Shown: positions 59,835 to 64,000 of the stretch, one piece after another
Layout of the letters: each line of letters starts with the position of its first letter
Numbering within the stretch: the stretch's first letter is position 1
Source: Deltaproteobacteria bacterium
GTDB taxonomy: Bacteria > Myxococcota_A > UBA9160 > SZUA-336
Assembly: GCA_029261925.1 (NCBI GenBank)
Contig: JAJDAJ010000085.1
Location: forward strand, 24,463 to 88,462
DNA: 64,000 nucleotides
Direction: 5' to 3'
Made by a program: the position numbers and the translations under genes
Notes under the pieces: model-generated
Told to the model about the DNA's origin: nothing
What the model saw: the letters and a program-made list of their open reading frames with translations, nothing else
The model's database searches: none

Positions 59835-60875
59835 TCATTCTACGCGGCCGCGCACCCGCTCCGCGATCGAGCGCACCCAGGTCGGATGGGCGTTCACGCA
59901 GGGCACCTGCTCGAGCGACTCCCCGCCCAGCCCGGCCCACTGCTCGCGCGCGCGGATGCCGATCTCCTCGACGGTCTCGAGGCAGTCCGCGGTGAAGGAG
60001 GGGCAGACCACGGCCAGACGGCGCACCCCCGCGGCTGCGAGCCGGGGCAGCACCTCGTCGGTGAACGGCTGGATCCACGGCGTGCGGCCCAGGCGCGACT
60101 GGAACGACACCGACCAGCGGCCGTCGTCGAGCTCGAGCTCGCGGGCCAGTGCGCGCGAGGTCGCGTGGCACTGGGCGCGGTAGCAGCGCGCGTTGTCGGG
60201 CCGGATCGATGCGCAGCAGGCGGGGTCGCTGAGGCAGCGCTCCGAGTCGGGCGCACTCTTGCGCACCTGCCGCTCGGGCAGGCCGTGGTAGCTCATGAGC
60301 AGGTGGTCGGGCGCGGCGCGCTCGAGCACCGGGCGCGTCACGTCGGCGAGGGCCGAGACGAAGCCCGGCTCGTCGTAGAACTCGCCCAGGACCTCGATCG
60401 TGGGCACGTTCCACTCGCCGGCGGCGGCCTCGAGCAGCCGCTGCAGCGCCGATCCCGTGGACGACGACGCGTACTGCGGGAACAGCGGCAGGGCAAGGAT
60501 GCGGCTCACGCCGGCGCCGAGGAGCTCGCGCAGCGAGGCGGTCAGCGGCGGTCGCTGGTAGCGCATGCCCAGCCGGACCACGTAGCGGTCGCCCAGCTCG
60601 GCGGCCAGCGCGCGCTCCAGGGCGCGACCGTGTACCAGCAGCGGCGAGCCGTCGGGGCCCCAGATCGAGCGGTACTGCGCGGCCGAGCGCGGCCCGCGCA
60701 GCGGCGCGATCGCACCGTGGACCAGGGCGAAGCGGGCCACCGGGTGGATGTCGATCACGCGCGGATCCGAGAGGAACTCGCGCAGGTAGCGCCTGACGTC
60801 GCCCACGGCGGGCGAGTCCGGCGTGCCCAGGTTGATCAGGAGCACGCCGCTGCGGGCGGGGTCGGCCATGGCCAC
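59835..60875 (-). CDS. hemH: ferrochelatase
   Basis: Motifs: 'GVLLINLGTPDSPAVGDVRRYLREFLSDPRVI', 'LPLFPQYASSSTGS' and 'SYHGLP'. Confidence 0.9.
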   Translation of the reverse strand: MAMADPARSGVLLINLGTPDSPAVGDVRRYLREFLSDPRVIDIHPVARFALVHGAIAPLRGPRSAAQYRSIWGPDGSPLLVHGRALERALAAELGDRYVVRLGMRYQRPPLTASLRELLGAGVSRILALPLFPQYASSSTGSALQRLLEAAAGEWNVPTIEVLGEFYDEPGFVSALADVTRPVLERAAPDHLLMSYHGLPERQVRKSAPDSERCLSDPACCASIRPDNARCYRAQCHATSRALARELELDDGRWSVSFQSRLGRTPWIQPFTDEVLPRLAAAGVRRLAVVCPSFTADCLETVEEIGIRAREQWAGLGGESLEQVPCVNAHPTWVRSIAERVRGRVE

Positions 60876-60932
60876 ACCATGACCCAGCCTGCGCGCTTGT
60901 CGAGCCCCGGGTCCCGCGGCCCCGGGCCGGGC

Positions 60933-61250
60933 TCAGGCGGGCAGCAGCTGGCCGATCACGCGCTGGGCCGCGGGCGTCAGGTTGACGAAGCGCACCGCGA
61001 AGCCGGTGTCGGTGGTGCGCACCACGTGCGACTCGATCGGGACCTCGGTGGAGCCGGGGAAGTACGAGGTCCGAACCCAGACCGTGTGGCCGGGCTTGGG
61101 CGGGGAGGAGCAGCGCTCCAGGAGCAGGCCCGAGCTGGAGATGTTCTGGACCTCGCCCACGCCCTCGATGTCGCCGCTGCGGAACATGGCCGGGGCGCGC
61201 AGGTGGAAGCGCGTGGCGGGGCGCTCGGGCTGGCGCGTGATGGCGGAAAT
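60933..61250 (-). CDS. PilZ-domain c-di-GMP receptor, probable ATT start
   Basis: The track ORF starts at ATG 61187, but the in-frame upstream segment encodes the PilZ 'RPATR' (RxxxR) motif. AAGGAGG (61258-61264) lies 7 nt upstream of an in-frame ATT (61250). The 'NISSSG' (D/NxSxxG) motif is downstream. Confidence 0.65.
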   Translation of the reverse strand: MSAITRQPERPATRFHLRAPAMFRSGDIEGVGEVQNISSSGLLLERCSSPPKPGHTVWVRTSYFPGSTEVPIESHVVRTTDTGFAVRFVNLTPAAQRVIGQLLPA

Positions 61251-61326
61251 GGGCTCGCCTCCTTGCGAAATCCGCTTCCGGGATCGGCCGGCGCGGGGAC
61301 GCGCTGTACCCCGCTATGCTGCGCGC

Positions 61327-62139
61327 ATGCGCGTGGAGACCCCGAGCGACGCCGGCGATCCGCGGGTCGCCGACTACCGTGGCGTCCGCGACCCCGAGTG
61401 GCTGCGACACCGGCGCCGTTTCCTGGTCGAGAGCCGACAGGTGATCGAGCTGCTGCTCGCGCGCGACGACCTGCAGGTGGAGTCTCTCCTGCTCACGCCG
61501 GCCGCCCGCGAGGCGCTGGCCGCACACCTCGAGCGGCGGGACGACGCGGTCGCCTACGTGGTCAGCCCGGACCTCCTGCGGGAGATCGGGGGCCACGTGT
61601 TCCACCAGGGCGCGCTGGCGATCGCGCACCGCCCCGAGGACGAGCGCCTGGACCGGCTGCTGCGCGGTCTCGAGGGGCCCGTGCGTCTGGTCGCGCTCGA
61701 GGGCGTGACCAACCCCGACAACGTGGGCAGCATCTTCCGCAACGCGCTGGCGTTCGGCGCGCACGGCGCGCTGCTCGGCGGCGGCTGTGCGCACCCCTTC
61801 TACCGCAAGTCGCTGCGCACCTCGATGGGCGCCGCGCTGCGCCTGCCGTTCGCGATCGAGGCCGACTGGCCGGCGGCGCTGGACGAGCTGCGCGAGGCCG
61901 GATTCGTCTGCGCGGGGCTGACACCCGATGCCGGCGCGGAGCCGATCGAGCACGTGGCGCCGGCGCTGCGCGCGGCGCCGCGCGTGGCGCTTCTGCTGGG
62001 GCACGAGGGCGAGGGGCTGTCCGCCGCGAGTCTCGCGGCGTGCCGCTACCGCGTGCGCATCCCCATGGCTCCGGGCGTCGACTCGGTCAACGTGGCGACG
62101 GCCAGCGGGATCGCGCTGCATCTGCTCGCTGGACTATGA
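61327..62139 (+). CDS. TrmH/SpoU-family RNA 2'-O-methyltransferase
   Basis: ATG 61327. Motifs: 'LEGVTNPDNVGSIFRNA', 'LLLGHEGEGL' and 'IPMAPGVDSVNVATASGIALH'. Confidence 0.85.
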   Translation: MRVETPSDAGDPRVADYRGVRDPEWLRHRRRFLVESRQVIELLLARDDLQVESLLLTPAAREALAAHLERRDDAVAYVVSPDLLREIGGHVFHQGALAIAHRPEDERLDRLLRGLEGPVRLVALEGVTNPDNVGSIFRNALAFGAHGALLGGGCAHPFYRKSLRTSMGAALRLPFAIEADWPAALDELREAGFVCAGLTPDAGAEPIEHVAPALRAAPRVALLLGHEGEGLSAASLAACRYRVRIPMAPGVDSVNVATASGIALHLLAGL

Positions 62140-62179
62140 TGCGGCGCCCGCGCAGGCCGCGCGGGCTGCAGGGAGGCCC

Positions 62180-63385
62180 ATGGCGACACCGCGCAAGATC
62201 GTCATCGCAGGCGCGTCCCTGGCGGGGCTGCGCGCGGCGGAGCAGCTGCGTCAGCTCGGCTTCGACGGCGAGCTGGTGATGATCGGGGCCGAGCCGCACC
62301 TGCCCTACGACCGTCCGCCGCTGTCCAAGCAGGTCCTGCAGGGCACCTGGGAGCCCGACAGCGAGCGCCTGCAGCTGCGCCGCGGGCCCTGGGAGGACCT
62401 GCAGCTAGACCTGCGCCTCGGGCGGCGCGCCACGGCGCTCGACCCGGCCGCGCGGCGCGTCGCGCTCGACGACGGCACGAGCGAGCCGTGGGACGCCGTG
62501 CTGATCGCCACCGGAGCGGGCGCGCGGCGCATGCCCGGCCAGCCCGAGCTCGAGGGCGTTCACCTGCTGCGCAGCCTCGACGATGCGCTGGCCCTCCGCG
62601 CCCAGCTCGAGAGGGGTCCGCGCGTGCTCGTGGTGGGTGCGGGCTTCATCGGCGCCGAGGTCTCCGCGTCGTGTCGGTCGCGCGGCCTCGAGGTGGTCGT
62701 GGTCGAGCCCCAGCCGGTGCCGCTGATGCGCGGCCTCGGCAAGGAGATGGGAGAGGTCAGCGCGCAGCTGCACCGCGACCACGGCGTGGATCTGCGCTGC
62801 GGGCTGCTGGTCGAGTCGGTCGAGGGCGACGGCCGCGTCGAGCGCGCGCGCCTGAGCGATGGCTCGGTGCTGGACGTGGATGCCGTGGTCGTCGGCATCG
62901 GCGCGGCCCCGGAGACCGGCTGGCTGGAGTCGTCGGGCCTGACGATCGACGACGGCGTGGTCTGCGACGCGTTCTGCCGCGCCTCCGCGGCCGGCGTCTG
63001 GGCGGCCGGCGACGTCGCGCGCTTCCACAATCCCGTCTTCGACGAGGTCATGCGCATCGAGCACTGGAGCAACGCCGTCGACCAGGGCGTGCTGGCGGCT
63101 GCCAACATCCTCGCAGGCGAGGACGGTGTGCAGCCCTACGAGCACGTGCCCTGGTTCTGGTCGGATCAGTATGACGCACGCATCCAGTTCGCCGGGCGCA
63201 TGAGCGCCGACGACGAGATGCAGGTGGTCTGGGGCTCGGTCGAGGAGCGCAGGTTCGTGGCCATCTACGGGCGTGCCGGGCGCATCGTGGGCGTGCTGAC
63301 CTTCGGCCGGCCCCGCGCCGTGATCCAGTACAAGAAGCTGATCGCGGCGGGCGCGAGCTGGGAAGAGGCGCTGGCGGCGGGCTGA
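62180..63385 (+). CDS. FAD-dependent ferredoxin/rubredoxin reductase-family oxidoreductase
   Basis: ATG 62180 has GGGAGG upstream. Motifs: 'KIVIAGASLAG', 'YDRPPLSK', 'VVGAGFIGAEV' and 'AAGDVA'. Confidence 0.85.
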   Translation: MATPRKIVIAGASLAGLRAAEQLRQLGFDGELVMIGAEPHLPYDRPPLSKQVLQGTWEPDSERLQLRRGPWEDLQLDLRLGRRATALDPAARRVALDDGTSEPWDAVLIATGAGARRMPGQPELEGVHLLRSLDDALALRAQLERGPRVLVVGAGFIGAEVSASCRSRGLEVVVVEPQPVPLMRGLGKEMGEVSAQLHRDHGVDLRCGLLVESVEGDGRVERARLSDGSVLDVDAVVVGIGAAPETGWLESSGLTIDDGVVCDAFCRASAAGVWAAGDVARFHNPVFDEVMRIEHWSNAVDQGVLAAANILAGEDGVQPYEHVPWFWSDQYDARIQFAGRMSADDEMQVVWGSVEERRFVAIYGRAGRIVGVLTFGRPRAVIQYKKLIAAGASWEEALAAG

Positions 63386-63477
63386 CCGCCCCGGCGGCCG
63401 GGGTCCGGTCATGTGATCCGGCCGGCCGCGCCACCCATTCGCGTGATCCCGGACCCTCGACCGCCCCGGAGGCGCGA

Positions 63478-63807
63478 ATGCGGACCCTCCTGCTACTGAG
63501 CGCGGCAATGCTGCTGGCCCCACCGGTCGCGGCGCAGCAGCGCCTGGTGCTCGACGAGGCGCTGGAGTGCGGCGCCGCCGATGCCGACGGGCTGCCCGAC
63601 GCCTGCGAGTGTGCCGACGTCAGCGACGACGGCGTGCTCATTGCGCGCCACGCGGCCGGGCAGGGTCCGGAGCTGGCCGCGGCCGATCGCTGTGCGCTCG
63701 CCGGAACTCCTGACGGCTGCGAGGCCGGGGACGCGCTCCGCGCGCGCCAGGTGCTGGCGGGAGCCCTGGAGGCGGCGACGCTCGCGTGCCGGCCGGTCCT
63801 GCCCTGA
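63478..63807 (+). CDS. small secreted stand-alone Cys-framed dockerin-like protein
   Basis: ATG 63478 has GGAGG 5 nt upstream. Signal peptide 'MRTLLLLSAAMLLAPPVAA'. 'DADGLPDACECADVSDDGVL' plus three more Cys parallels the C-termini of the genes at 1562-2641 and 29642-31237. Confidence 0.65.
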   Translation: MRTLLLLSAAMLLAPPVAAQQRLVLDEALECGAADADGLPDACECADVSDDGVLIARHAAGQGPELAAADRCALAGTPDGCEAGDALRARQVLAGALEAATLACRPVLP

Positions 63808-63865
63808 CGCGGGTGGCGCCCGGGTGCCGCTCGCGCGGGGAGTCAGTCCGCCGCGCCGCGCGCCG

Positions 63866-64000
63866 ATGGGGACGCCGATGACGGTCTCGCTCGATCGACG
63901 CAGCCTGCTTCGCGCCGCGCTGGGCGGTGCGGGGGCCCTGGCGCTGCCGGGGCTGGCGCTGCCCCGCGCCGCCGCCGCGCGGCGGCCGGCCCCGCGCGGC
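63866..64000 (+). CDS. Tat-signal protein, N-terminal fragment (3' end outside window)
   Basis: The frame is open to the window end. ATG 63866 and ATG 63878 are both in frame. 'TVSLDRRSLLRAALGGAGALALPGLALP' is a twin-arginine signal. Confidence 0.5.
   Translation, partial: MGTPMTVSLDRRSLLRAALGGAGALALPGLALPRAAAARRPAPRG

Overview
This is a GC-rich (roughly 70% by eye, not computed) 64-kb chromosomal segment from a Gram-negative bacterium. The gene content includes an Mla lipid-asymmetry operon, a sigma54 enhancer-binding protein, a eukaryote-like Ser/Thr kinase, an FHA protein and many FG-GAP/TSP3 secreted proteins. That mix looks Myxococcota-like or deltaproteobacterial, which is an inference only. 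I call about 60 protein-coding genes in more than 20 short transcription units that alternate between strands. Many neighbouring genes have 4-nt ATGA/GTGA stop-start overlaps. I recognised no rRNA, tRNA, CRISPR array, transposase or integrase. Housekeeping genes are metH, tldD-pmbA, xseA-xseB, mlaF-E-D-A-C, nth, hemH, a dus-family gene, a TrmH/SpoU methyltransferase and an LMW-PTP. Accessory content includes a CoA-dependent lipid/side-chain oxidation cluster (2.9-12.2 kb) and three c-di-GMP modules (FHA-GAF-HD-GYP, CBS-GGDEF, PilZ). It also includes several secreted proteins resembling eukaryotic extracellular-matrix proteins: CRTAC1-like, a 14-blade FG-GAP protein, TSP3/dockerin-like proteins and an ADAM-like metzincin. 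Two large helicases flank a COG0523 GTPase. Because of the GC content, the six-frame track is full of long spurious antisense or merged ORFs. I re-assigned starts from family motifs, SD sequences, neighbouring stops and frame checks. Nothing matches a known defence or mobile system. The best candidates for undescribed biology are listed here.
- (i) The coupled operon of a Cys-less double rhodanese, a 14-blade FG-GAP protein and a HupE/UreJ-2 protein.
- (ii) The FecR / HEAT-like / ADAM-like metzincin locus, together with a Cys-framed TSP3-dockerin-like module that recurs at three loci.
- (iii) The divergent unit of aminotransferase-phosphatase versus DUF455-ATP-grasp-DUF420.
- (iv) A repeat- and palindrome-rich control region with an AT-rich promoter upstream of a small excisionase-type HTH gene.
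- (v) Two genes whose strong SD sequences point to non-canonical (ATT, CTG) start codons.
All functional calls rest on motif recognition by eye and need HMM or structure confirmation.
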